Shown here: piece after piece, positions 1-9,672 of the stretch
Numbering within the stretch: position 1 is the stretch's first letter
Layout of the letters: each line of letters begins with the position of its first letter
DNA from: Waterburya sp.
GTDB taxonomy: Bacteria > Cyanobacteriota > Cyanobacteriia > Cyanobacteriales > Xenococcaceae
Assembly: GCA_965217895.1 (NCBI GenBank)
Contig: CBDCJV010000002.1
Span: forward strand, 1,888,001-1,952,000
Length of the DNA stretch: 64,000 bases
Direction: 5' to 3'
Notes under the pieces: model-generated
What the model was told of the DNA's origin: nothing
What the model saw: the letters and a program-made list of their open reading frames with translations, nothing else
The model's database searches: none
Program-made: the position numbers and the translations under genes

Positions 1-1073
1 TCTTCGGTCAATGCCGCATTGTCAATGGTTACTTGATAAATACCGTTGCTTTGTCTAGTAGTTACTGCCGATAGCTCATTATTTCCCTTAACTAAAAGTT
101 CTGTATCGTCGTTTTTTAGTTCAATTTCGTCAATTAGACTTAACTTAGTAAGATCTTTGAGAGGCTTATCTGGTTTAGGTATTATCTCTTGGGGTTGAGA
201 ATTATCTAAAGTAGTGGCTAAGGTAGAAGCAGGTAATTCGCCTTTGGGTAACAATAACAAGCCCTTAATCCGACTAAAAGTAGCAAGCCATTCAGGACTA
301 TCTTTGGCTACCTTCAGGCTCATTTTCGCTTCATCATCGTCAACCTGCTCAAAATCAATGGTAGAAACACCATATTGATTTACCGCTACTTCTTCATCGT
401 CAAGATCGTCAGGAAGAGTTATGCCTTCTAAAAAGAAGTCAATGCGATCGCCGTCTCTTCTTGAATCAATTTTTATTTTTCTACTGCCATCAAGATCGAT
501 GAAAAACCCATTTTTTGTTGCTTTGATATAAGGAGAACCAGTATCTGTTTCTGTATTTATATCTGTAGAAACATTTTCCGTAGACGCAGCTACATCTTCC
601 AATCCTGGTAATGACGAAGCAATATCGACTTCAGGCACTTCTACATCTATCGGGTCTGGGTTGCGATCGGCTATATCAACACGAGAAATTCTGGGCTGGG
701 GAATCTCAACCTTCCATTCAGTCCCAGAATCTTCTCGAAACTTAATATCATCGGCATCGATAGTGTAGCCAGGAGCAAATTCCACCACAAGACGGGAAGT
801 ATCTGACTCTGGCTGCCCAATTCTAAAGCCTCTAATTGGACCTTGATATTCTTCTTTGACAGTTTCTCTATCTAATGTTGTTCCAGGTAGATCGATTACT
901 AGGCGTGTTGGATTACTGAGTAACTGTGCTTCGGGCTGTACCCCTTCATCAGTAGTAAATTCTAAATTTTGATCTTGTTCTTCAAATTCCCAAGATACTA
1001 TTTTCCCTGCCCTTGCGGGGGAGCAAAATAGAAAAACACCTATAAAACCTGATAATAGCCAGTGAAATTTCAC
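1..1073 (-). CDS. amiC: N-acetylmuramoyl-L-alanine amidase with AMIN domains (AmiC-type); 5' part only, continues beyond the window start
   Basis: Not in the ORF track; translated by hand from GTG at 1073 with RBS GAGGAG upstream: MKFHWLLSGFIGVFLFCSPARAGKIVSWEF...TTDEGVQPEAQLLSNPTRLVIDLPGTTL. Signal peptide plus the AMIN motif PTRLVIDLPG, typical of cyanobacterial AmiC. Confidence 0.8.
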   Translation of the reverse strand, partial: MKFHWLLSGFIGVFLFCSPARAGKIVSWEFEEQDQNLEFTTDEGVQPEAQLLSNPTRLVIDLPGTTLDRETVKEEYQGPIRGFRIGQPESDTSRLVVEFAPGYTIDADDIKFREDSGTEWKVEIPQPRISRVDIADRNPDPIDVEVPEVDIASSLPGLEDVAASTENVSTDINTETDTGSPYIKATKNGFFIDLDGSRKIKIDSRRDGDRIDFFLEGITLPDDLDDEEVAVNQYGVSTIDFEQVDDDEAKMSLKVAKDSPEWLATFSRIKGLLLLPKGELPASTLATTLDNSQPQEIIPKPDKPLKDLTKLSLIDEIELKNDDTELLVKGNNELSAVTTRQSNGIYQVTIDNAALTE

Positions 1074-1135
1074 AATGATTGCTCCTCACAAACAGTAGGT
1101 AATTGACCGTGGAAGGCGGTCAGCGCAGACACTGC

Positions 1136-1183
1136 ATCGGAGCGCGTTCCCTTGCGCCTGTCGGCGACGCGGGGTCGCTCCTC
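1136..1183. repeat. 48-nt structured mini-insertion (family A, copy 1)
   Basis: Core GGAGCGCGTTCCCTTGC-N13-GCGGGGTCGCTCC matches copies at 33864-33911 and 45796-45843. Removing exactly these 48 nt restores the hairpin ACACTGCCTT-TTC-AAGGCGGTGT. Confidence 0.8.
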
Positions 1184-1468
1184 CTTTTCAAGGCGGTGTA
1201 CCGCTGACTTTTTAGATAAAACTAGCCAAGACTCTCTAGGGAAACAATAGTATAAGCACCAATAAAAACTGAGTAACTTATTAAACTGCTTTTTTAAAAG
1301 TAATGCTAAATCCAAAATATTCCTAGCCAATTCTATTAGAACTATATAATACCCATTCTTAGATTTTGATCTATCGAGACGTAAATAGAAGCAATTAGGT
1401 TTCATGAACTGATCGAGGCAAATCACAAGGTAGCTTATAAATATAGATGTTTTTGGGGTTTTACCAAG

Positions 1469-1531
1469 GGTCACAGATTACTCTGTCGTGAGACGGCATC
1501 CCGTCAAGCCGAATTGAGATAATCTGTAACC
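1469..1531. terminator. Long imperfect hairpin just 3' of the antiporter gene (terminator or repeat)
   Basis: Arms GGTCACAGATTA and TAATCTGTAACC, with an inner GACGG-CATC-CCGTC hairpin; 16 nt beyond the antiporter stop. Confidence 0.45.
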
Positions 1532-1547
1532 TCGCCTAATTATGTTG

Positions 1548-2951
1548 TCAATCTTGAACTTTGTCCACTGGTTGAGCTATAGTTTCTTCTTCTTTAAATA
1601 CAAGACGTAATAAAGGAGGAGCAATAAACGTGGTTGCAATTACCATAACGATGATGGCTGCATCCGTGGACTCAGATAAAGCTCCACTAGCAGAACCAAC
1701 TCCAGCAAAGACCAAGCCAACTTCTCCCCTAGGAATCATGCCAACACCGATCGCTAATTTATTCAGTTCAGGATTGCCAAAAACGGTAAATCCCGTAATA
1801 ACTTTACCTAGAATAGCAACCAAAATTAAAAATGCGGCAATAATTAGTCCTTCACGATTGCTAGGAACGGCTGGATTGAGTACGCTAAGGTCTGTTCTTG
1901 CCCCTACACAGACAAAGAATATAGGTACAAAAAAGTCAGCTAGAGGAATCACCTGTTCTTCTAATTCTTTACGCTTTTCGGTTTCTGCCAGAATTAACCC
2001 CGCAGCAAACGCCCCCAAAATCCCTTCTAAATGAATTGCAGTGGCAATATAAGAGAGGGAAAAAGCAAATACTAAACTGGTTAACAGTAATTCTCCCCTG
2101 GTTTTCATTTCGTTGACTAAGCCCATTAACAAAGGACTAATCCAACGACCAAGTAAAATTGAACCAATCAGAAATACCGCTGCACTAATAACAAGATAAA
2201 CAATATTGCTAATTTGAATTTCTCCAGTTTTGACCAGGCTGGCTACCACAGCCAAAACGACAATACCCAAAATATCATCTAGTACCGCAGCACCAATGAT
2301 AATTTGACCTTCTTCTGAACTTAGCTGTCCTATTTCTGCTAATACCTTAGCGGTAATACCAATACTGGTAGCGGTTAAAGCTGCCCCTGCAAAAATTGCA
2401 GGAATAACAGGAGTGTTGAAAATATACACTAGCCCCGCTGTACCTGCGACAAAAGGAGTAACTACACCGACAACTGCCACTACAGCAGCAATTGGTCCAA
2501 CGCGAATTAATTCTTTGAGATCGGACTCTAAACCAATCTCAAAAAGAAGAATAATTACCCCTAACTCCGAAAGAAGGGAAATTACCTCACTTTGAGCAGC
2601 AAAGACTGATGAGGCTGATTCTACAGATAATCCTGCGGTATTCTCAAGCAAGCTGACTATCAAAGAGTCTGTGGCTAAACTACCACCTTCAGGAAAAACC
2701 AAAAGACGAAAGGCAGAAATACCAATCAAAACTCCGCCAACTAATTGCCCTAAAACTGGCGGTAAATTAATGCGGGAGCAAATTTCTCCTCCTAATTGGC
2801 TCGCAAAGTAGATTACGACCAGGCTGAGTAAAACCCCTGCCAGGATTAAAGAACCTTCTTCGGTAGTAGATTCTGTAGCTGCTTCTGTGGCAGCAGCAAG
2901 TAAAGGCGAACCACTCAGCCAATTCCAAGTCAACATATAAATATTGGTCAT
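1548..2951 (-). CDS. Cation:proton antiporter, CPA2 family (NhaS3-like)
   Basis: About 12 TM segments; motifs LLFEIGLE, TATSIGIT, AAVLDD, GMIPRGEV. Confidence 0.9.
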   Translation of the reverse strand: MTNIYMLTWNWLSGSPLLAAATEAATESTTEEGSLILAGVLLSLVVIYFASQLGGEICSRINLPPVLGQLVGGVLIGISAFRLLVFPEGGSLATDSLIVSLLENTAGLSVESASSVFAAQSEVISLLSELGVIILLFEIGLESDLKELIRVGPIAAVVAVVGVVTPFVAGTAGLVYIFNTPVIPAIFAGAALTATSIGITAKVLAEIGQLSSEEGQIIIGAAVLDDILGIVVLAVVASLVKTGEIQISNIVYLVISAAVFLIGSILLGRWISPLLMGLVNEMKTRGELLLTSLVFAFSLSYIATAIHLEGILGAFAAGLILAETEKRKELEEQVIPLADFFVPIFFVCVGARTDLSVLNPAVPSNREGLIIAAFLILVAILGKVITGFTVFGNPELNKLAIGVGMIPRGEVGLVFAGVGSASGALSESTDAAIIVMVIATTFIAPPLLRLVFKEEETIAQPVDKVQD

Positions 2952-3103
2952 ATTTTCGGCTAAAAAACTTTTCTCTAATTAATTAGCTTATCGTTATCTT
3001 TCCCGATAAGATGTTTACTCACTTTTTTGTTCGAGAAATAACTATTTTCATTTATTATGGTGATTTCTGCCTAAGTCCTCACTAATTCAGCATTTTCTCA
3101 AAG

Positions 3104-3772
3104 ATGATTCCCAGACGATATCAAAAATTAAGGCAAGTTCTCGACAAAAGACAACCAGATCTAACGATTTTGACTGAAGATGTTCATAAACCCCATAATC
3201 TTTCCGCTATAATTCGTACCTGCGATGCAGTAGGAGTTTTTGCGGTACACGCCGTTAACCGTCACAGCGACACTCCAACATATTCCCAAGTTGCTCAAGG
3301 AAGCGAAAAATGGGTAAGGCTACATTCCCATACCAATATTAAAACCGCTATTGAACTTCTGCAACAAAAGAGTTATAGAGTGTATGCTGCTCATTTAAGT
3401 GATACAGCCATCGATTATCGTCAAGTGGATTATACTCAGCCAACGGCTATTCTTTTGGGTACAGAAAAATGGGGCGTTACCAGTGAAGCAGCGGATTTAG
3501 TAGACGGACATATTGTTATTCCCATGCAGGGGATGGTGCAGTCTCTGAATGTATCTGTCGCTAATGGGGTAATTTTGTTTGAAGCGCAACGTCAACGTTT
3601 AGAAGCTGGCTTATATAATCGGGTTCGCTTAGATCCAGAAACTTATAGGCAAGTTGTTTTTGAATGGAGTTATCCTGATTTAGCTGCTATGTATCAGCGT
3701 CAGGGTAAATCTTATCCTGAATTGGGAGAGCAAGGAGAAATTTTGAATGTTCAAAGGGAAAAAAAGCGATAA
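3104..3772 (+). CDS. trmH: tRNA (guanosine(18)-2'-O)-methyltransferase
   Basis: SpoU motifs HNLSAIIRTCDAVG, GTEKWG, IPMQGMVQSLNVSVA. Confidence 0.92.
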   Translation: MIPRRYQKLRQVLDKRQPDLTILTEDVHKPHNLSAIIRTCDAVGVFAVHAVNRHSDTPTYSQVAQGSEKWVRLHSHTNIKTAIELLQQKSYRVYAAHLSDTAIDYRQVDYTQPTAILLGTEKWGVTSEAADLVDGHIVIPMQGMVQSLNVSVANGVILFEAQRQRLEAGLYNRVRLDPETYRQVVFEWSYPDLAAMYQRQGKSYPELGEQGEILNVQREKKR

Positions 3773-3827
3773 AGGTGTGACGGTAAAATAAGATTAATAA
3801 ACAATAAGTAAAGCAAAATAAATCTCA

Positions 3828-4835
3828 ATGGATCGACTACATAACGCCTTCACTTTATTTTTGAGTTTATTAGTTGAAGCCCTACCTTTTCTCTTATTAG
3901 GCGTATTACTTTCTAGCTTTTTATTATTTTTAATTAATGAAAAACAATTAATTGCTAGATTACCCAAAAATCCATTTTTAGGTGCAGTGATTGGTAGTTG
4001 TATTGGCTTTTTATTTCCTGTGTGTGAATGCGGTAATGTTCCTGTAGCCAGAAGATTATTATTAACAGGAGTATCTCCTTCGGTTGCCATATCTTTTCTT
4101 TTAGCAGCACCAACAATTAATCCGATTGTGATTTGGTCTACTTGGGTTGCTTTTGGCGATCGCCCTAGCATTGTCTTTTTTAGAGTCTTATTTTCTTTAG
4201 CGATCGCAACAATAATTGGCTGTGTTTTTAGTGTGCAAAAAGATGTCCGTTTTTTGTTACAAGAATCATTCGCCAAAAGATTAAAACCTGTTAATTATTA
4301 TCAGCTAGAACCAGTTCAATCGATATCACCATTGTTGCAGTCGGGTAGTTTTATCATAGAACAAGGGCAATCTTTGCCTTTGGATAGTTCGTTTTCGTCA
4401 GTCGTAACTTCCAAGCAGGCAGCATCATTTAAATCTAAATTCCAGCCTTTTTTTGATAACGTACAGCAAGAATTTAGTGAATTAGGAGCAATGCTAGTTT
4501 TTGGTAGTGCGATCGCCGCAATTATTCAAGTTTTTGTACCCCGCGAACTAATTTTGAGTCTTGGTCAAGATACTATAACTTCAATTTTGGCAATGATGCT
4601 CTTGGCTGCAATTGTCTCAATTTGTTCAACGGTTGATTCTTTTTTTGCCCTGTCTTTTGCTTCTACTTTTACGGGCGGTTCTTTATTAGCTTTTTTGGTA
4701 TTTGGACCGACAATAGATATTAAAAGCATTGGCTTGATGGCATCAATTTTTAAACCAAAAATAATTATTTATATTTTTACATTAATTGCTCAGTTGACTT
4801 TTATTTTTACCTTAGCTTATAGTTATTTTTTCTAA
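3828..4835 (+). CDS. Permease (YcgR/DUF318-like)
   Basis: Multi-TM; FPVCECGNVP and SICSTVDSF motifs; adjacent to a TIGR03943-type gene. Confidence 0.85.
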   Translation: MDRLHNAFTLFLSLLVEALPFLLLGVLLSSFLLFLINEKQLIARLPKNPFLGAVIGSCIGFLFPVCECGNVPVARRLLLTGVSPSVAISFLLAAPTINPIVIWSTWVAFGDRPSIVFFRVLFSLAIATIIGCVFSVQKDVRFLLQESFAKRLKPVNYYQLEPVQSISPLLQSGSFIIEQGQSLPLDSSFSSVVTSKQAASFKSKFQPFFDNVQQEFSELGAMLVFGSAIAAIIQVFVPRELILSLGQDTITSILAMMLLAAIVSICSTVDSFFALSFASTFTGGSLLAFLVFGPTIDIKSIGLMASIFKPKIIIYIFTLIAQLTFIFTLAYSYFF

Positions 4836-4843
4836 TCAAGATC

Positions 4844-5650
4844 ATGATTCCTAATCAACCCTTACGTTCAAGTTCTCCTCAACCAAATAGTTACTTATTA
4901 ACCTGGATCGAGGGATTAGCTTTATTAGCTTGGGGAAATTTACTACTAAAATATGCCCTCACAGGAGAGTATAAATTGTTAATTCACCCCAATTATTATG
5001 GATTGCTATTTGGCAGTGGCATACTTTTACTGGGTTTAGGTATAGTCAAGGTCAAATTAATTTTTACTCGTAGATCTAACAATTCTAGGGAACATATTAG
5101 TCTTTTCCCTCCTGGAGTTGGCAGTAGCCTGTTATTAATAGTTGCGATCGCTGGATTACTGATTCCGCCCACGGTTTTAACTAGCCAAACTGCCATTAAA
5201 AGGGGAGTTGGGGATATTTCCTTTACAAGTTCCCAACCTCAAGCCTTCCGTACTGCAACCAAGCCAGAAGAGCGATCGCTTATTGACTGGATACGGACAA
5301 TTAACGCCTATCCCGAACCTGATGCCTACAGTGGGCAACCTGCTAACGTTACTGGTTTTGTGCTGCACTTACCAGAACTTCCTGACAATTACCTCATGCT
5401 GTCTCGGTTTGTAATTACCTGTTGTGCGGTGGATGCTTATCCTATTGGTATTCCTGTAAAACTAAAAACTAGCCGTAGTAATTATCCTGCCGATACTTGG
5501 TTAGAAATTCAGGGGGAAATGATCACCGCAACTTTACCCAGTAAAGATAAGTTAGACTCCAAAGCTGTTACTGAAAAACGTTCTTTAGTTTTGGCTGCCA
5601 AATCAATTAAATCAATTCCTACTCCAGCAGATCCTTATAGTTACAAATAA
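4844..5650 (+). CDS. TIGR03943 family putative permease subunit (YcgQ-like)
   Basis: N-terminal TMs with LLIHP; RFVITCCAVDA motif. Confidence 0.85.
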   Translation: MIPNQPLRSSSPQPNSYLLTWIEGLALLAWGNLLLKYALTGEYKLLIHPNYYGLLFGSGILLLGLGIVKVKLIFTRRSNNSREHISLFPPGVGSSLLLIVAIAGLLIPPTVLTSQTAIKRGVGDISFTSSQPQAFRTATKPEERSLIDWIRTINAYPEPDAYSGQPANVTGFVLHLPELPDNYLMLSRFVITCCAVDAYPIGIPVKLKTSRSNYPADTWLEIQGEMITATLPSKDKLDSKAVTEKRSLVLAAKSIKSIPTPADPYSYK

Positions 5651-5654
5651 AATC

Positions 5655-7127
5655 ATGAATGCAAAAAGGCTATTACAACCAATTGACAGACTAGCGATCG
5701 CCTTAGTTATTTTGCTGGCATTAATTATCGGCTTGTTAATTTGGGGTGGTAGTGCTTGTGATGATAACTGTATATTTCATGCAGGGGCAAGGGTCAACGA
5801 TTTCAACTGGGAAAATAAAATCATCGGCAGAGAAGATCGAGATTTTATCTTAAGCTTTAATCGTCCAATGGATCGCACTAGTGTCGAGCAAAATGTAACT
5901 ATTACTCCTCCTTTAGCAGGTAAGATTAGCTGGTCGGGTTTAAGACTGGCTTATACATTAAAGTCTCCTGCACCCTACGGGGAAACTTATCAAATATCTT
6001 TGACAGGAGCAACAGAAAGATTTCCTCAGCAAGAAAAAACAGGGGACAAAATTAAGCCTTTTACCGCTGAATTTCGCAGTCGCGATCGCGCCTCTGCCTA
6101 TATTGGTAGTGAAGGGATAGAGAAAGGTAAATTAGTTCTGTTTAACTGGACGCAGCAAAAAAAATCAATTCTTACTCCCGATGGTTTAAGTGTATTTGAT
6201 TTTGAACCCTATCCTCAGAGCGATCGCCTACTGTTTTCCGCTGCTGACACCAAGCTGGGAATAAACGGAATTCAGAATTTACAGCTTTATACCATTACTA
6301 CGGGTTTAAATTCTCAAGTAGCCAACAAGAATCCTCAGGTAGAGTTAATTTTAGATAATCAAAAATATCAGAATAATCAATTCGATCTGACACAGGATGG
6401 TAAGAAGATTTTGGTACAAAGGCTGAATCGTAATAATCCTAACAACTCTGGCTTATGGATGATTACTGCCGATAAACCACCGCAGCTAATAACCGATGCT
6501 CAAATTGGCGATTTTCTGATTGCTCCTGATAGTCAAACCGTAGCAGTTGCCCAAGGGGAAGGTATCGCCTTGTTGCCCTTAGAAACCACTGCTAAACCGT
6601 TAGACTTTATCCCTAAATTTGGTCAAGTTCTCGATTTTACTGCTGATGGTACGGGAGCAGCGATGATTAATTATAATACCGACAATGCTAAGTTAAGCTA
6701 CACGCGATCGCTTTTTTATGTCAATACTCAGGGAATCCAAAAAGAACTTTTAAACACGGAAGGTTCAATTCAAAACTGTCAGTTCGATCCGACTGCAAGC
6801 TATTTATATTGTTGGCTGACAGAGTTAATTAAAGGTAAAGAATATATTGAAAAACCCTACATAGCCGAAATTAATCTCAAAACTAGCAAAGTTAAAACAT
6901 TGATATCTTTAGCAGAATATCAAGACAGCAAACTTAGTATTGCACCAGATGGACTAGGAATTCTCTTCGAGCGATCGCCAAATAGTACTTCTTCAGCTAC
7001 CGATTCTTCCACCACAAGCGATCAAAGCATTTGGCTGTTAGTTCGAGCTTCCCAAAAGTCTAATTCTGCTGATTTTAACGCCGAACAGCTACCATTTGTG
7101 GGTTTTCGTCCCCAGTGGTTACCTTGA
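5655..7127 (+). CDS. Membrane-anchored Ig-like (Big_5-type) domain plus beta-propeller protein
   Basis: N-terminal TM; LSFNRPMDRTSV...ITPPLAGKISW Ig-like signature; TolB-like repeats; co-oriented with the permease pair. Confidence 0.6.
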   Translation: MNAKRLLQPIDRLAIALVILLALIIGLLIWGGSACDDNCIFHAGARVNDFNWENKIIGREDRDFILSFNRPMDRTSVEQNVTITPPLAGKISWSGLRLAYTLKSPAPYGETYQISLTGATERFPQQEKTGDKIKPFTAEFRSRDRASAYIGSEGIEKGKLVLFNWTQQKKSILTPDGLSVFDFEPYPQSDRLLFSAADTKLGINGIQNLQLYTITTGLNSQVANKNPQVELILDNQKYQNNQFDLTQDGKKILVQRLNRNNPNNSGLWMITADKPPQLITDAQIGDFLIAPDSQTVAVAQGEGIALLPLETTAKPLDFIPKFGQVLDFTADGTGAAMINYNTDNAKLSYTRSLFYVNTQGIQKELLNTEGSIQNCQFDPTASYLYCWLTELIKGKEYIEKPYIAEINLKTSKVKTLISLAEYQDSKLSIAPDGLGILFERSPNSTSSATDSSTTSDQSIWLLVRASQKSNSADFNAEQLPFVGFRPQWLP

Positions 7128-7224
7128 GCGATCGCTATTTTGGTTAAATTTTACTCTGATTTAGATAACCAATTTAATTTAAGATAATAAATCAACCCCA
7201 TAAAAATCGACTAATATTTCAGCT

Positions 7225-7755
7225 ATGATAAAGCACACCATTTCTGTCTTAGTAGAAGACGAAGCAGGAGTTTTGACCCGCATTTCAGGATTATTTGCCC
7301 GTCGTGGTTTTAATATTGAAAGTCTGGCAGTAGGGCCTGCCGAACAACTAGGTGTTTCTCGTATCACCATGGTTGTGCCTGGAGATGAACAAATTATCGA
7401 GCAGCTAATCAAACAACTCTACAAGTTAATTAGCGTACTTAAGGTACAGGATATTAGCCAACAGCCTAGCGTCGAACGAGAATTAATGTTAATCAAAGTC
7501 AACGCCACTGCATCTAATCGAGCCGAAGTTATTCAGTTGGCTCAAATTTTCCGCGCTCGTATTGTCGATCTCTCAGAAGAGGCTCTAACCATTGAAGTAG
7601 TAGGCGATCCTGGCAAGATAGTCGCTATTATTCAAATGTTAAACAAGTTTGGCATCCGCGAAATTGCCCGTACTGGTAAAATTGCCCTAATTAGAGAGTC
7701 TAAGGTAAATACGGAGTATCTCAAGTCTTTAGAAGCAAAAGTAACTCTATCGTAA
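7225..7755 (+). CDS. ilvN: Acetolactate synthase small (regulatory) subunit
   Basis: ACT domain [50 protein letters not shown]. Confidence 0.97.
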   Translation: MIKHTISVLVEDEAGVLTRISGLFARRGFNIESLAVGPAEQLGVSRITMVVPGDEQIIEQLIKQLYKLISVLKVQDISQQPSVERELMLIKVNATASNRAEVIQLAQIFRARIVDLSEEALTIEVVGDPGKIVAIIQMLNKFGIREIARTGKIALIRESKVNTEYLKSLEAKVTLS

Positions 7756-7972
7756 GTCGTAATTAGTAATTAGTTGTTAGCTGCTTTTTAGATAAATAGA
7801 TAAATATTTGAAAAAATTAAGCGTATCTAGATCTTGTTCGCAAAATCCATGAGATTATAAGAATATCTTAATAATTTGCTAGAAAATAGTTATCGTTTTG
7901 TTAAGAGTTTTCATTAACTAATCTTATCCATAAATCGTCTCTCAAAGCGAGTTTAAAGCACAAGCAGCTACC

Positions 7973-9574
7973 ATGAACCAACAGATTATTGCAGCGATCG
8001 ACATCGGCACTAACTCAATTCACATGGTAATTGTTAAGATAGAGCCTTCTCTGCCATCCTTTACAGTCATTGCCAAAGAAAAAGATACGGTAAGATTAGG
8101 CGATCGCGACCCAGCAACAGGTAAGTTAACCCCTGAAGCAATTCAACGTTCTCTTGAGACTCTAAGACGCTGTAGAGATTTAGCCAATAGCTTAAATGCC
8201 AGTCAAATTACTGCTGTAGCAACTAGTGCAACTAGAGAAGCACCCAATGGGGAAGCTTTTTTGCGTCAAATTGAATCAGAATTAGGTATTGTGGTTAATC
8301 TAATCTCTGGTCAGGAAGAAGCTAGGCGAATCTATTTGGGAGTCCTATCGGGAATGGACTTTAACGATCAGCCCCATATTATTATTGATATTGGGGGTGG
8401 TTCAACTGAACTAGTATTAGCAGATATCCATGAACCCCGCTTTTTGAGCAGTACCAAAATCGGTGCGGTACGTTTAGCTAAAGAATTTGTGACGACAGAT
8501 CCCATTAGCGATAGCGAACTAAAGGTCTTGAGAGCTTATATCAAAGGGATGCTAGAGCGTCCTGTAGATGAAATTTGGCGCAATTTACAGCTAAATGAAG
8601 TACCTCGAACCATTGGAACATCTGGCACTATTGAAACTATTGCAGCGATTCATGCCAAAGACGAGTTGGGTTCAGTTCCCGATCCCCTTAACGGTTATGA
8701 AGTTAGCCGTAAGGACATTGAAAAAATTGTCAAGAAGCTGGCAAAAATGAGCTTCAAAGAAAGACTGGATGTATCAGGACTTTCAGAAAAAAGAGCCGAA
8801 ATTATCATCCCAGGGGCAGTTATTCTGCTAGAGGTGATGACTATGCTCAAGCTAGAATCAATTATGATTTGTGAACGAGCATTAAGAGAAGGCATGATTG
8901 TTGACTGGATGTTAACTCGTGGCCTGATCAACAGTCGATTACGTTATCAAAACGAAGTTAAAAAGCGCAATGTTTTAAAAATTGCCCAAAAATATCATGT
9001 AGATTTAGATTACGGCGAGAGAGTAGCGCACTTTGCCTTGAGTATCTTTGACCAGCTAAAAGATAAATTACATTCTTGGGACGTAGCAGAAAGAGAATTA
9101 TTGTGGTCAGCAGCAACTTTGCATAACTGTGGACTATATATTAGTCACTCATCTCATCACAAGCATTCTTATTATCTAATTCGTAACGCCGAATTGCTAG
9201 GCTTTACTGAATTAGAATTAGAGTTAATTGCTAGTATTGCCCGCTACCATCGAAAAAGTAAGCCCAAGAAAAAACATGAACCATATAATAGTTTGCCCGA
9301 TAAACATTATCAGCTAATGGTAAGACAGTTGAGTGCTATCCTTAGACTGGCAGTAGCTTTAGAACGCCGAAATAAAGGCGCGATCGCAGGTGTAAACTGT
9401 GAATACGATAAGCACGATCGCTCTCTCGATTTCCAAATTGAGCCAGTAGAAATAGGAGATAAATGCAAGCTTGAATTATGGAACTTAAGCTATAAAAAAG
9501 AACTCTTTGAAGAAGAATTTGGCGTGGAACTAATTGCCACTCTCGCCGAGAGTAAACTACCCGTGAAAACTTAA
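7973..9574 (+). CDS. ppx: Ppx/GppA exopolyphosphatase
   Basis: AAIDIGTNS, ATSATREA, DIGGGSTE, ALREG, HHKHSYYLI motifs. Confidence 0.95.
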   Translation: MNQQIIAAIDIGTNSIHMVIVKIEPSLPSFTVIAKEKDTVRLGDRDPATGKLTPEAIQRSLETLRRCRDLANSLNASQITAVATSATREAPNGEAFLRQIESELGIVVNLISGQEEARRIYLGVLSGMDFNDQPHIIIDIGGGSTELVLADIHEPRFLSSTKIGAVRLAKEFVTTDPISDSELKVLRAYIKGMLERPVDEIWRNLQLNEVPRTIGTSGTIETIAAIHAKDELGSVPDPLNGYEVSRKDIEKIVKKLAKMSFKERLDVSGLSEKRAEIIIPGAVILLEVMTMLKLESIMICERALREGMIVDWMLTRGLINSRLRYQNEVKKRNVLKIAQKYHVDLDYGERVAHFALSIFDQLKDKLHSWDVAERELLWSAATLHNCGLYISHSSHHKHSYYLIRNAELLGFTELELELIASIARYHRKSKPKKKHEPYNSLPDKHYQLMVRQLSAILRLAVALERRNKGAIAGVNCEYDKHDRSLDFQIEPVEIGDKCKLELWNLSYKKELFEEEFGVELIATLAESKLPVKT

Positions 9575-9590
9575 TCGGCAATTAGTAGTG

Positions 9591-9648
9591 GTAGGGTGGG
9601 CATAATACAAAATTATGTTCATTATAAAAATACAACTTGATGCCTACC
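9591..9648. repeat. Degenerate GTAG-type REP-like element
   Basis: GTAGGGTGGGCAT ... ATGCCTACC inverted arms in the intergenic region. Confidence 0.35.
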
Positions 9649-9672
9649 AAGTAGTAGTTAGTAATCATAAAA

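Noticed and set aside
1100..1210. GC-rich structured amiC leader as a riboswitch (e.g. c-di-AMP or c-di-GMP)
   Set aside because: I could not match the consensus of any riboswitch I know, and its core recurs inside a transposase and between convergent genes, which fits a dispersed repeat.
1070..1474. 134-aa minus-strand ORF from the track
   Set aside because: No recognisable motifs; it runs through the amiC promoter, leader hairpins and the 48-nt insertion, so it is most likely spurious.
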